Positions 43,601 through 53,473 of a stretch of DNA of 64,000 nucleotides are shown here, piece after piece. This stretch comes from Obrimoposthia wandeli (lineage: Eukaryota): positions 1 to 64,000 of the forward strand of contig CDROCS010003840.1 in NCBI GenBank assembly GCA_977020255.1, in the 5' to 3' direction. Under the pieces are notes generated by a model. The model made no database searches. It was given only the letters and a program-made list of their open reading frames with translations, and had not been told where the DNA came from. Positions within the stretch are counted from its first letter, which is position 1. Each line of letters starts with the position of its first letter. Made by a program: the position numbers and the translations under genes.

Positions 43601-44899
43601 GCTGACGCATTAGAAGATGATCTCTCACTATTATCAGAAGATGATGAGCGAATTGCATTTGATAATGTGGTTAAAAACTTGCAAAAAGCGGTAGAAGCCT
43701 CTGAATCAAAAAGTAATAAAGTTGCTCAAGCATCACAAGATGAAGCATCCTTTGAACCTGAACCTGAGCCTGAACCTGAACCTGAATTTGAAGCGATTGA
43801 TCCTAGTACGTTACCTGAATTCAGTGAAGATGATGCATTACTAGCATCGTTTGAAGAGCAACATGAGCTTGAGCAGTACGAATTAGAGCAAGGTCTTAAG
43901 GTTAAGTCTCCCGTTGCCCAAACGGCAGTACAAGACGTAAATCCCCCTCAAGTGAATGCGCGTTTTCAAGAACCCACCGCTGATATGTTCGATGAAGATC
44001 TTGTCGATTCCGCAGGGTTAGACATGGAAGCACTGCTGACTGAACCCGTAGCCATGTTTACAGAAGCTATGTCTACAGAAGCAATGTTTACAGAAACGGA
44101 GGGTGAACAAGCAATAGAAACACAAGCGATGGCTGAACAAGCAATCGCTGAACAGCAAGCTGAAGATAAGGAACAGAGCCCACAAAAATCCAACGCTGAA
44201 CTTGATGATCCGATAGTGCCAGAACATACCAAACAAGATGCAAAGGTAAGCGTTAATCAAGAAATTGAAGCAGCAGAACGTGATGGATTGTTATTTGATG
44301 AGCCGTTAGGTAACACTGAGCAAGATCTAGATTTTAATAGTCTTGATTTCATGAACAGCGACATGATTGAAAATGACGCTATTGATTTATCTGTACCAGA
44401 AGAAGACGCTGCTGTTTGGGCTGGCTCAACACCTGAACCTGAATTGGAAAGTGAAGATTGGTCTGTTCAGCCCGAGATGCAAGTTGAAGATGTCACCTCG
44501 TTTGATCCTGAATCTTTAAGTGAAGAAACCGAAGCGTCTTCTTTAACGTTTGCTGAGCCAGCCAGCGTTTTACTAGATGAAGGCGAATCGCTTGTTTCAC
44601 CGTACATCAGCATTGATGAATTAATGAAAGAAGAAGAGCGAACAAACCCTGTCGATGTAGATGCAGAGCCACTAAATCTGGATGTAGGGTTAGATGAGTT
44701 CCCTGATGTATTGGCTGGCATAACATCTTACGATGTTGATAGTCATGGTGAATATTCGAGCAAGCTGGATCTCGCAAAAGCCTATTTGGAAATGAATGAT
44801 GCAGAGGGCGCGATAGGTTTGCTTGAAGAAGTTGCACAAAAAGGTGACCCAGCAAGTCAGCGTGAAGCAACGCATTTATTAACACAATACAAGCGTTAA
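40682..44899 (+). CDS. fimV: FimV/HubP polar landmark protein
   Basis: LysM (NETLWGIASRYRP), one TM segment, a long acidic region, C-terminal KLDLAKAYLEMND.EGA..LLEEV. Sits in the asd-fimV-truA order. Confidence 0.95.
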   Translation: MPNLPKFVTRFILPVVFVTTVFHLPVQANTVRIIGPSDDDQPFTVTDRYRDTGVANSYSSLATNQANSLYGPTAANETLWGIASRYRPNNSVSIYQVIGAIHRANPQSFENNNIHGLVPGSQLRMPTMAQIQREDVTSVKRRLEADQRRQTRSASTTSRTTKAVKSSTQSTAQVVATPIAKPEKAKVESVTPPKARSISQKSTSKTSTSERAFIPEKPEPTELQEQLDASDVQMTKLLESNHLLRVRLSEMQYEVSALKDQITDDEALRGEIIGFLEQQKEQVQVQTTDVEPSWFDRFISNPWLLAAAGLIPGGLIAGAIAFFMLRRRKDDEDSDIKSLENQEGKESPIAPVPLMEEATGSESDLMLSEDQDIDDLFASDDSLFGNPEESLLSNDSSSAFSGTLDEGAASLDLSSDLDDEFGLDFDSNNGLSSRSISVKGDDQAIGLEDMERALDQMEPSSELSSDEALAAMWEKSLQEQADDEQDFDLSDDADSEFDTDLMSSNSIEDGLLDQSILDDLLAEVEAENTNTKNNTTAFTETLESNVDKRTASNAEQVVDQSELDALFDSFDSSDGDLSLENGNSDEADQAAVDQALADAEAMFNPAVVTESDYFSVAEMHKEEATAAQQTDFDLNSEADASDDSVFEEGSTALLDDIVEDDELSSDIKIEENSTALLDELLSDDSTDDELTSSIEIDENSTALLDELIGDTDDDTDTDSEVSSFYEDELEDNTEFDQLIIDENSTDLLDEILDQKNHALDADDKAVTDNADDEFSDPEFENALSTPLQEQQGLTKEDFAKEDVANKPDADFPELESEAAAFDAILNEALQADEVTKNTSEKAVLESETDKSSTDKPADDIDTLITDIDRVINEIDTDEPEGNDVETIERSVTELLEELDAEEALVAENESKSEEHPIVDLDDFPIFDEAAALSELDERAPVNSSNPVGSLVGESLSVDELPEFDEDTAFNDPEADALEDDLSLLSEDDERIAFDNVVKNLQKAVEASESKSNKVAQASQDEASFEPEPEPEPEPEFEAIDPSTLPEFSEDDALLASFEEQHELEQYELEQGLKVKSPVAQTAVQDVNPPQVNARFQEPTADMFDEDLVDSAGLDMEALLTEPVAMFTEAMSTEAMFTETEGEQAIETQAMAEQAIAEQQAEDKEQSPQKSNAELDDPIVPEHTKQDAKVSVNQEIEAAERDGLLFDEPLGNTEQDLDFNSLDFMNSDMIENDAIDLSVPEEDAAVWAGSTPEPELESEDWSVQPEMQVEDVTSFDPESLSEETEASSLTFAEPASVLLDEGESLVSPYISIDELMKEEERTNPVDVDAEPLNLDVGLDEFPDVLAGITSYDVDSHGEYSSKLDLAKAYLEMNDAEGAIGLLEEVAQKGDPASQREATHLLTQYKR
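43754..43786 (+). repeat. Hexamer tandem repeat (GAACCT)5.5 encoding EPEPEPEPEPE in fimV
   Basis: GAACCT GAACCT GAGCCT GAACCT GAACCT GAA. Confidence 0.85.
44051..44095 (+). repeat. Three 15-bp tandem units encoding AMFTE/AMSTE/AMFTE in fimV
   Basis: GCCATGTTTACAGAA GCTATGTCTACAGAA GCAATGTTTACAGAA. Confidence 0.8.
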
Positions 44900-44904
44900 A
44901 TCGG

Positions 44905-44975
44905 TATACCCCAATTACCTCGAGGTGCTCGTTTCAGTTATTCTGAATCCTGCATATTGAGATAGCTTGGGTATA
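44905..44975. repeat. Second copy of the ERIC/MITE-like element
   Basis: TATACCC...GGGTATA ends. The right arm CTGAATCCTGCAT(A)TTGAG(A)TAGCTTGGGTATA differs from the 36350 copy at two positions. Confidence 0.8.
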
Positions 44976-44978
44976 ATA

Positions 44979-45020
44979 CCCCCTTAGGCGAGCTATCAAG
45001 TGCCTAAGGGGGTTCTTTTC
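44979..45020 (+). terminator. Hairpin/terminator between fimV and truA
   Basis: Perfect 11-bp stem CCCCCTTAGGC / GCCTAAGGGGG, then TTCTTTTC. Confidence 0.65.
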
Positions 45021-45088
45021 CTACACTCTATTCCTTATAATCCCTCTCTTTGAAATTGGCCATGTGCCGCTCTGAGAACGAATTAATT

Positions 45089-45874
45089 ATGCGAATAGCT
45101 TTAGGTATTGAGTATGACGGTGCAAAGTACTGTGGTTGGCAACGTCAAGTCGATGTAGATAGCGTACAAGAACGCTTAGAAAAGGCGCTATCGCATATCG
45201 CAAATAAACCGATTGCCGTATTTTGTGCAGGGCGTACAGATACCGGCGTTCACGGCACGGGGCAAGTTGTTCACTTCGATGTAGACGTTGATCGCCAAAT
45301 GGTCGCATGGACGATTGGTGTTAATGCACATTTACCTCGCGATATCTCAGTTCGCTGGGCAACACCAGTGAGTGATGATTTTCATGCTCGCTTTAGTGCT
45401 ACAGCACGCCGTTATCGTTATATCATCTTCAATAGTGCACTACGTCCTGCTATTTTTGGTGTTGGTGTTAGCCACTACCATGGGCATTTAGATGAAAAGA
45501 AAATGCACGAAGCAGCGCAGCACTTAGTTGGTGAGCATGATTTTACGTCAGTACGTGCGAGTCAGTGCCAATCTCGAAGCCCATGGCGCGCTATGAAGCA
45601 TGTAAATGTTAGCCGTCAGGGTGATTTCGTCATTATTGATATCAAAGCGAATGCTTTTGTCCATCATATGGTACGTAATATTGCGGGTAGCTTAATTCGT
45701 GTCGGTCGTGGTCAAGAAACACCCGAATGGATGAAATGGGTGCTGGATCAAAAAGATCGTCGTGTGGCGGGTGAAACGGCAAAAGCGGCTGGATTATATT
45801 TGGTTGCCGTTGATTATCCTGAAGAGTTTGGTTTACCAAGTTCGCCATTAGGCCCGATTTTTCTTCCAGACTAA
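45089..45874 (+). CDS. truA: tRNA pseudouridine(38-40) synthase
   Basis: [37 protein letters not shown]. Confidence 0.97.
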   Translation: MRIALGIEYDGAKYCGWQRQVDVDSVQERLEKALSHIANKPIAVFCAGRTDTGVHGTGQVVHFDVDVDRQMVAWTIGVNAHLPRDISVRWATPVSDDFHARFSATARRYRYIIFNSALRPAIFGVGVSHYHGHLDEKKMHEAAQHLVGEHDFTSVRASQCQSRSPWRAMKHVNVSRQGDFVIIDIKANAFVHHMVRNIAGSLIRVGRGQETPEWMKWVLDQKDRRVAGETAKAAGLYLVAVDYPEEFGLPSSPLGPIFLPD

Positions 45875-46016
45875 CCGTTTTTTTGGGACCTCGCATATGG
45901 TACAACCAGTTTTTTATCTACAGACTGGCAACTTTGTGCTTTAATTCCCCTCTTATAATTATTGAATTTGTATCCTCGGCGTAAAATTAGCGGGGGAATT
46001 AAATTAAAGGTCATTC

Positions 46017-46940
46017 ATGAGCTGGCTTGAAAAGATTCTAACTAAAAGCAATATTGTCTCTTCTCGTAAAGTGTCAATCCCTGAAGGGGTTTGGACTAAA
46101 TGTACTTCGTGCGAGCAAGTGCTTTATCACGCCGATTTGGAACGTAACCTAGAAGTTTGTCCAAAGTGCGATCATCACATGCGAATGAAAGCTCGTCGTC
46201 GTCTTGAAACGTTTCTTGATACGGAGAGTCAAGTGGAGTTGGCTGCAGAACTAGAGCCAAAAGACATATTAAAATTCCGTGATTCTAAGAAATATAAAGA
46301 TCGTATTTCTGCCGCTCAAAAATCAAGTGGTGAAAAAGACGCACTTATCGTTATGAAAGGTACATTGCTAGAGCAACCGATTGTTGCTTGTGCATTTGAG
46401 TTCTCTTTCATGGGTGGCTCTATGGGCTCGGTTGTGGGTGCTAAGTTTGTTCGTGCTGTTAATGAAGCCATGGAAAGTAATTGTGCATTAGTGTGCTTTT
46501 CTGCCAGTGGCGGTGCACGCATGCAAGAAGCATTGACGTCACTGATGCAAATGGCGAAAACGAGTGCTGCATTAGAGCGCTTATCTGCAAAAGGTTTGCC
46601 GTTTATTTCCGTATTGACTGACCCAACAATGGGCGGCGTATCTGCTAGTCTTGCAATGTTAGGTGATATCAATATCGGCGAGCCAAAAGCATTGATTGGT
46701 TTTGCTGGTCAACGTGTTATTGAGCAAACAGTACGTGAAAAACTTCCTGAAGGTTTCCAACGTAGTGAGTTCCTGCTTGAGCATGGTGCGATTGATATGA
46801 TTGTTAACCGTCGTGAAATGCGTCAGCGCATAGGTGGTCTTGTTGCTAAAATGACCAATCATTCTTCACCTTTAGTTGTTCCAATTGAACAGCCTAAATT
46901 AGAAGAAAGCGCACCAGAGCAAACACCAGAACAAGAATAA
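46017..46940 (+). CDS. accD: Acetyl-CoA carboxylase carboxyltransferase beta subunit
   Basis: WTKCTSC...CPKC zinc finger, [24 protein letters not shown]. Confidence 0.98.
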   Translation: MSWLEKILTKSNIVSSRKVSIPEGVWTKCTSCEQVLYHADLERNLEVCPKCDHHMRMKARRRLETFLDTESQVELAAELEPKDILKFRDSKKYKDRISAAQKSSGEKDALIVMKGTLLEQPIVACAFEFSFMGGSMGSVVGAKFVRAVNEAMESNCALVCFSASGGARMQEALTSLMQMAKTSAALERLSAKGLPFISVLTDPTMGGVSASLAMLGDINIGEPKALIGFAGQRVIEQTVREKLPEGFQRSEFLLEHGAIDMIVNRREMRQRIGGLVAKMTNHSSPLVVPIEQPKLEESAPEQTPEQE

Positions 46941-46994
46941 GCCATTTTTATTCATGTTTTAAACATGGTTTGAATATGGTTTAAAATCGAATTG

Positions 46995-47031
46995 AAAGCG
47001 CTTGTTGAAGATATTCAACAAGCGCTTTTTT
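46995..47031 (+). terminator. Intrinsic terminator after accD
   Basis: AAAGCGCTTGTTGAA-GATA-TTCAACAAGCGCTTTTTT. Confidence 0.75.
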
Positions 47032-47160
47032 ATATCAATCTTTTGAGGCTTTTTAACCAGAAAATGTTTCAAAATGCTAGCAGTAACAATTTATTAGTTT
47101 GTTTGGATTAATTTAACGACAGTTCAGTGTTAGATTAGACGTTCCAATGGGTATCAATAA

Positions 47161-48441
47161 GTGAATATATCACCAATGTCTGGATTGACAGCACCACATG
47201 CCACAGCCTCTTTGCCTTCATGGCTGACCTATTTAGAAAAACTTCATACAAGCGCGATTGATCTAGGTTTAGATCGTGCGTTTGCTGTTGCTCAAAAAGA
47301 GCAATTGATCAAACCAGCAGAACGCGTTATTACCGTTGCGGGAACGAACGGGAAAGGGTCTACCTGCGCTATCCTTGAAGCGATACTGATTGATGCAGGC
47401 TACAAGGTGGGAGTGTACAGTTCGCCTCACCTCATTCGTTATAACGAGCGTGTCCGTATTAATGGACAAGAACTTGATGACAGTCACCACAGTGCTGCTT
47501 TTGCTCATATCGAACAAGCCCGTGGTGACATCAGTTTAAGTTTATTTGAATTTGGCACATTAGCCGCACTGCATTTATTTAAACAGCAGCGTGTTGATGT
47601 CGTGATTCTAGAAGTTGGCTTAGGTGGGCGATTAGATGCGACCAATATTGTCGATCACGATGTTTCTGTTATTACTAGCCTAGCAGTTGATCATGTTGAT
47701 TGGCTTGGTGATGATATTGAAGTTATTGGTTTTGAAAAGGCGGGTATCTTCCGTTCTGAAAAGCCGGCGATTTGTGGGCAACCTAACCCACCTGCAAGCG
47801 TGCCAGCTCACGCCGATGATATTGGGGCTGAGCTTTATCAGGTTGGTTATCAGTTCAGCTATGAGCAGCAAGGGGATACTTGGAGCTGGAATTGTGGGGC
47901 ATTTGATTTAACCGATTTACCTGTTCCTGCATTACCTCTTCCTAATGCCGCCACGGCGCTTATGGCGTTGGGTGCAGCAGATCTTGATATTAGCGATGAG
48001 AACATCGCAAATGGTTTAGCTAAAGTGTCATTACCGGGGCGTATGGAAAGGGTGAGTGAGTCACCACTAGTGTTGATGGATGTGGCACATAACCCTCATG
48101 CTGCTGAGTACTTTTCATCACAATTAACGCAGTTGAAATTACGCGAAAATAAAACGCGTATTCATGCGGTTGTTGCTATGCTGCACGATAAAGATATCGC
48201 TGCAACAATTGATGAGATGAAAACCATTGTTGATAGATGGTACCCCGCATCGCTAGAGGGTCCGCGTGCTGCGAAAGCAGAAGAGATCATCGGCCATTTA
48301 TCTGCTGATGTAACAGGTTTTGCCTCTCCAGAGTTGGCATTTGACGCAGCGTTAACACAAGCAGCACCAGACGATGTGGTAATCGTCTTTGGCTCGTTTT
48401 ACACTGTTGGTCAAGTATCGAGTTATCTCTCCCATTGTTAA
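47161..48441 (+). CDS. folC: Bifunctional folylpolyglutamate synthase/dihydrofolate synthase
   Basis: VAGTNGKGST, YSSPHL, EVGLGGRLDATN, DVAHNPHA. Confidence 0.97.
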   Translation: MNISPMSGLTAPHATASLPSWLTYLEKLHTSAIDLGLDRAFAVAQKEQLIKPAERVITVAGTNGKGSTCAILEAILIDAGYKVGVYSSPHLIRYNERVRINGQELDDSHHSAAFAHIEQARGDISLSLFEFGTLAALHLFKQQRVDVVILEVGLGGRLDATNIVDHDVSVITSLAVDHVDWLGDDIEVIGFEKAGIFRSEKPAICGQPNPPASVPAHADDIGAELYQVGYQFSYEQQGDTWSWNCGAFDLTDLPVPALPLPNAATALMALGAADLDISDENIANGLAKVSLPGRMERVSESPLVLMDVAHNPHAAEYFSSQLTQLKLRENKTRIHAVVAMLHDKDIAATIDEMKTIVDRWYPASLEGPRAAKAEEIIGHLSADVTGFASPELAFDAALTQAAPDDVVIVFGSFYTVGQVSSYLSHC

Positions 48442-48518
48442 TATATTCATGATTAATGAAGAGAGTCATTTTCGCAGAAGGTATTTTGCGACTAGCCCCA
48501 GAATAAACAGGAGTATAT

Positions 48519-49106
48519 GTGGCGAGTAAATTTCAAAATCGTCTTATCGGCACCATTATTTTAGTGGCAATTGGTGTGATTTTTTTACCCGATTTATTTG
48601 ATGGAAAAAAAGAGCATTACCAAGAGCAATTTGCCAGTATTCCGTTACAGCCTGACATTGCTGATCAGGAGGAATATGCTGTTATTCCTGAACCTGAGTT
48701 TGAAGATATTGTATTGCCACAAGAACCGGTATCTGCCGTTATTGGTGAGGACGGATTTGAACTTACGTCTGACTCTAAAATGGCAGCCGTGGTAAAAAAT
48801 GCTGAACCTTTAGCGGTGAAACCGCAGCCCGTTGAGTTACCAAAAACAAACAATATAAACAGCGGTTGGGTTGTACAGCTGGGTGTGTTTCGTAATTTTG
48901 ATAACGCACATAAGCTGGTGGCAGATTTACGCAAAGCGGGATTTCAAGCGCATGTCTTTCCTAAACAACCAAAATCGGGTGATTTGGCACGAGTGGTTGT
49001 TGGTCCAGATGTCTCGAAAGATAAACTTTCAGGCCAAGCTGTTCAATTGGAAAAATTAACCGGATTAAAAGGCCAATTGGTCAGATTTAACCCACTAAAC
49101 CCTTAG
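48519..49106 (+). CDS. dedD: SPOR-domain cell division protein DedD
   Basis: MASKFQNRLIGTIILV TM segment, C-terminal SPOR (WVVQLGVF). Confidence 0.92.
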   Translation: MASKFQNRLIGTIILVAIGVIFLPDLFDGKKEHYQEQFASIPLQPDIADQEEYAVIPEPEFEDIVLPQEPVSAVIGEDGFELTSDSKMAAVVKNAEPLAVKPQPVELPKTNNINSGWVVQLGVFRNFDNAHKLVADLRKAGFQAHVFPKQPKSGDLARVVVGPDVSKDKLSGQAVQLEKLTGLKGQLVRFNPLNP

Positions 49107-49167
49107 GTAAACGTTTGCGTTCGCATTTTTTCTGTTAGAATACGCATCAACAAGACGATATATATAA

Positions 49168-49662
49168 ATGATGATCTGGATAGATTACGTAATATTAGGC
49201 GTGATTGGCTTCTCTGCACTGGTCAGTTTGATCCGTGGTTTTGTTAAAGAAGCTTTATCGTTAGTTATTTGGTTTGCTGCCTTTTTCATTGCAAGCAACT
49301 TCTATAATCAGTTGGCAGCTTACTTTACCAATATTCAGGACGACACACTGCGAAATGGTAGTGCGATTGCCGTTCTGTTCATTTCAACGCTGGTTGTTGG
49401 CGCGGTAGTGAACTACGTTATTGGGCAACTCGTCCAGAAAACAGGTTTGTCAGGTACAGACCGTGTACTCGGCGTTGTATTTGGTGGTGTGAGAGGGGTA
49501 CTTATTGTATCTGCCATACTGTTTTTCATTGATACCTTTACTGGATTTTCAAGTGCTGATTGGTGGAAAGCGTCAGAGCTGATCCCTCAGTTTGGTATTG
49601 TGATTGAATGGTTCTTTTCATACATCAAAGATACATCAAGTTTTTTACCCGGCGCACTGTAG
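49168..49662 (+). CDS. cvpA: Colicin V production protein CvpA
   Basis: [34 protein letters not shown]. Confidence 0.95.
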   Translation: MMIWIDYVILGVIGFSALVSLIRGFVKEALSLVIWFAAFFIASNFYNQLAAYFTNIQDDTLRNGSAIAVLFISTLVVGAVVNYVIGQLVQKTGLSGTDRVLGVVFGGVRGVLIVSAILFFIDTFTGFSSADWWKASELIPQFGIVIEWFFSYIKDTSSFLPGAL

Positions 49663-49755
49663 CGTCGGCTTCTTATCAATTGTATGTGGCAACAGCGTTA
49701 CCGATGTTATTGCTGCGTACAATCTGATATTTAATGCGTGACGAGGATTTAGGAC

Positions 49756-51273
49756 ATGTGTGGTATTGTCGGAATCGTGGGGTCTACCCCAGTAAACCAG
49801 TCTATCTATGATGCACTGACCGTGTTGCAACACCGTGGTCAAGATGCTGCCGGTATTGTTACTCTGGAAAGCAATCGTTTCCGTCTGCGTAAAGCGAATG
49901 GACTTGTTCGTGATGTGTTTGAAGCTAGACACATGCAGCGTCTTCAAGGGAATGTGGGTATTGGTCATGTACGTTACCCAACAGCAGGAAGTTCTAGTGC
50001 TTCAGAAGCTCAACCATTTTATGTGAATTCACCTTACGGTATTTCTTTGGCACATAATGGTAATTTAACAAATGCTGCTGACGTTAAAGAATCTCTATTT
50101 ACCCATGCTCGTCGTCATGTTAATACAACATCAGATTCTGAAATTCTGTTGAATGTATTGGCTAATCAACTCGAACTGTCTAAGTCTTACCCTTTGAAGC
50201 CTGAAGATATTTTCACTGCGGTACGTGAAGTTCATCGCAATGTAAAAGGTGCATATGCCGTTGTTGCTATGGTGATTAGTCATGGTTTAATCGCATTTCG
50301 TGACCCACACGGTATTCGTCCTTTATGTATTGGTAAGCGTGAAATTGATGGTTCAACGGAATACATGGTTGCTTCTGAATCTGTAGCACTTGATGCGGTA
50401 GGTTTTGATTTCATGCGTGATGTTGCGCCTGGCGAAGCGGTATATGTTACTTTTGATGGTCAACTATATACTGAACAATGTGCTGATAATCCTGTATTGA
50501 ATCCGTGTATTTTTGAATTCGTTTATTTTGCTCGTCCAGATTCATTTATGGATAAAGTGTCTGTCTACAGTGCACGCGTGTGCATGGGGCAGAAATTGGG
50601 TGAGAAAATCAAGCGTGAGTGGGATGATCTGGATATTGATGTTGTTATTCCTATTCCAGAAACATCGTGCGACAGTGCATTAGAAATTGCACGTACAATC
50701 GACAAACCTTATCGTCAGGGTTTTGTGAAGAACCGTTATGTCGGTCGCACATTTATCATGCCTGGTCAGCAAATGCGCCGTAAATCAGTGCGTCGTAAAC
50801 TGAATGCGATTCGTTCTGAATTTAAAGGCAAGAATGTACTGTTAGTCGATGACTCTATTGTTCGTGGTACAACATCTGAACAGATCATTGAAATGGCACG
50901 TGATGCAGGTGCTAACAAAGTGTACTTAGCATCAGCGGCACCAGAAGTACGTTTCCCGAATGTTTACGGTATTGATATGCCATCGGCAAATGAGTTAATT
51001 GCTCATGGTCGCGAAGTTGACGAAATCAGTAAGATGATTGGTGCTGACGGTCTTATTTTCCAAGATCTGGACGATTTAGTGGCGGCGGTAGCAGAAGGTA
51101 ACCCTGATATTAAATTATTCGAAACGTCGGTATTTAATGGCAATTATGTAACCGGTGATATTGATCAACAGTACCTTGATTTTTTAGATTCGTTACGTAA
51201 CGAAGACTCTAAAACTCAACGTGAAATTCAGCAAGACCTTGCTAATTTAGAGCTTCATAACGAAGGCGTTTAA
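49756..51273 (+). CDS. purF: Amidophosphoribosyltransferase
   Basis: [31 protein letters not shown]. Confidence 0.98.
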   Translation: MCGIVGIVGSTPVNQSIYDALTVLQHRGQDAAGIVTLESNRFRLRKANGLVRDVFEARHMQRLQGNVGIGHVRYPTAGSSSASEAQPFYVNSPYGISLAHNGNLTNAADVKESLFTHARRHVNTTSDSEILLNVLANQLELSKSYPLKPEDIFTAVREVHRNVKGAYAVVAMVISHGLIAFRDPHGIRPLCIGKREIDGSTEYMVASESVALDAVGFDFMRDVAPGEAVYVTFDGQLYTEQCADNPVLNPCIFEFVYFARPDSFMDKVSVYSARVCMGQKLGEKIKREWDDLDIDVVIPIPETSCDSALEIARTIDKPYRQGFVKNRYVGRTFIMPGQQMRRKSVRRKLNAIRSEFKGKNVLLVDDSIVRGTTSEQIIEMARDAGANKVYLASAAPEVRFPNVYGIDMPSANELIAHGREVDEISKMIGADGLIFQDLDDLVAAVAEGNPDIKLFETSVFNGNYVTGDIDQQYLDFLDSLRNEDSKTQREIQQDLANLELHNEGV

Positions 51274-51317
51274 TCAGCGCTGAGTACTAAAGCTTAATAT
51301 ATAAAAAAGCGTGCAAT

Positions 51318-51348
51318 AAAAAAGCGAAGCCAAGTACTTCGCTTTTTT
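51318..51348 (+). terminator. Intrinsic (bidirectional-type) terminator after purF
   Basis: Perfect 12-bp AAAAAAGCGAAG-CCAAGTA-CTTCGCTTTTTT. Confidence 0.85.
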
Positions 51349-51350
51349 GT

Positions 51351-53200
51351 GTTTGCTCGGCGAAGCCAGCAAACCCGTCTGCTTGAAAGAAAGCAGAATC
51401 ACCCAGACTGAGGGGAAGATAATCCGAATGGCAAGGGCGTCATTGGCCAACGATGAGGTCTGAAGGAAGCCATAGGAAGTTAGAGGTACATAACGCAAGT
51501 GAACCCATATGTGGCGGGATTGGTGGGTAAGTGTCCGCAATAGCACGAAGCCCGATACTCAGACAAACCAATCACGTGAAAGGGATGGGATCTCTAACAG
51601 GGACTGGTGCAGTAACCGAGGAAGCCTGGCATCAACTCCAGCATAAGGCTGGAAGAAGTATTCAAGGCTTATGTTGGTGTGAGGTAACCCGTAGTAGTGA
51701 GTAAAGTTCAGCCAGTGAAACCCAGTAATGGTGTGGAGGATAAAACTGAACCGACCAGCAGCAACGTGTTTGCTGGAGCTAACATATGCCAAAAGCTATG
51801 TGGTTGCGAAGGGAAGTAATCTTTAATACACTGAAAAGAAGCGAAAAACCAAAACAGGTGCAATGCCGATTAGGCGGGGCATCCTCTCAATGGCAAAGAA
51901 TGAAATCGGCGCGATGGCTAGGAGCTGCACACAGGGAGTAGTCATTCCTACTCATTGGAGGCAAGAAGGCGGGTTGGGCAGATTGCGAAATGCTAGAACA
52001 CCTAACTGCGGTGACGAAACAAACCGAACTGACTTGGAAATAGCGAATGGACAGTGATGTGAGACGTAACCGTGCGAATATATTACAGCCTGTATGGACG
52101 CCTGCTTTCAATGCAAGCGCTCTATGATTCAGAAAAAGTGTGGAAAAACAAAGGCGCTCCCGGCGTAGGCGTAGACGGGCTTCAGTGCGTTTTTTGGCGC
52201 AAGATCTTAACAAACAGTTACTGCTAACTGCATATGCATGTTAAGCGCGTAGAGATCCCGAAAGATCGAAAGATGACGGCATACGTTGTGGGATCCCCGC
52301 AGTCCCGCAGTTCGGAGACCGCAACAATGTCTACCCATCATCATGACCCCCCATCTTCGATCCCGAGCAGGAGTTGTCATCAGGCCATCAGTAAAGCCAC
52401 GATGTATACGCCAATGGGCGTCGACGTTATGTGGTGGATATGGATCTGTCCAGCTTTGATATGCTCTCGATCATGACCTGATCATCGAATCAAGACGACG
52501 AATCACAGATGTAAGCAGTATGCGCTGATAACATAAATAATCATGGTGGTGATGGTTGGCAGGAAAGTGAGATTGGAAGTCCACAAGGTGGCAGTCCAAG
52601 ATGCCTTTGATCAGGACATGAAGCAGCGAAATCACCGAATGCTTACGCTGACGATATTCCTGATCTTGTGCTGCACGCAAGCTGCCGCCGAGTGCGAGAA
52701 AAGTCGCCAGTCATATCTTGGAAAAGCAACTGAAGCTAACAGTGCTCATATCGCACAGCACGAAGGGGTTAAATTTCTATAGGGACACACTCTACACGGA
52801 TACAAGATTCAACCACTTTAAAGCCAAAGTAAAGCGGCTCAACGAAACAGTGGAAAGAACTTAGCCGCCATGGTGCTAAAGAACTGAATCCCAGGTGGCG
52901 AAACTGAGGCACATGGGTATGGCGATCCATGCGATAAAATGCAGGCGAGTGTTAATATAGGATACTGACCAACACTAATTTTCCATACATGGCAATACAT
53001 TCTAGAAATAAGCAAAGAGGGGCGGTATATGCATCAAGGCAGCATATAATAAGATACTGACCAGACTTGCTGATCATGCTATGTCACAACCTTCTTACAT
53101 GTAGAAATACATGTCAAGCGAAATAAACCACGGTAAAGTGGCAATGATAAGGATGTGACTGAGACTTTTTGTCACTCCTTCATGTTCCCTGTCAATAGTG
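51351..53200 (+). mobile_element. Group II intron (class C-like behaviour); 3' boundary uncertain
   Basis: Starts GTTTG two bases after a terminator. Domain I-like GCAAGGGCGTC...TCTGAAGGAAGC at about 51431-51470 resembles IIC introns, and RT motifs follow. A clean D5/D6 was not found. Confidence 0.8.
52072..53100 (+). pseudogene. Group II intron reverse transcriptase/maturase, heavily frameshifted
   Basis: GTG start, then IYYSLYGRLL, NKGAPG(VG)VDG (52147), VKRVEIPK (52240), RSCHQAI, VVDMDLS, PQGG (52581), YADD (52644), GVKFL and LNP. No endonuclease motif is recognisable. Confidence 0.88.
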
Positions 53201-53423
53201 CGCCACTCTTGTTTGGGGTGGGCGTAAATTCCAAATAAATGTCCCAAAATCATAACGTTTCCTCGTTAAAAAGTGCTAGTTGCGCACATAACTGTCGTTA
53301 GATGTTCGATATTGAAAGGCAAAATAGCGCATTTCACTACTATTAACATTTAGTCGGAGATTGGAAAGTTAGCAAGAAATGGTGTTATTCACTTTCTATG
53401 AGTTAAACGCGATGAGGCCACAT

Positions 53424-53451
53424 AAAAAAGCCAGTCATCATAACTGGCTTT
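53424..53451 (-). terminator. Intrinsic terminator after aphB
   Basis: AAAAAAGCCAGT-CATCATA-ACTGGCTTT; the A tract gives a U tract on the minus strand. Confidence 0.7.
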
Positions 53452-53473
53452 AATCTGAACACGGAAATGACCG

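Noticed and set aside
42517-44885. Several Ser-rich minus-strand ORFs, including 213 aa at 42949-43590
   Set aside because: Shadows created by GAT/GAA-rich codons of the acidic fimV region.
51887-52782. Short ORFs as real small genes, or the RT as a retron/DGR/defence RT
   Set aside because: They are out-of-frame or antisense pieces of one intron-type RT; no msr-msd, TR/VR pair or partner genes are seen.
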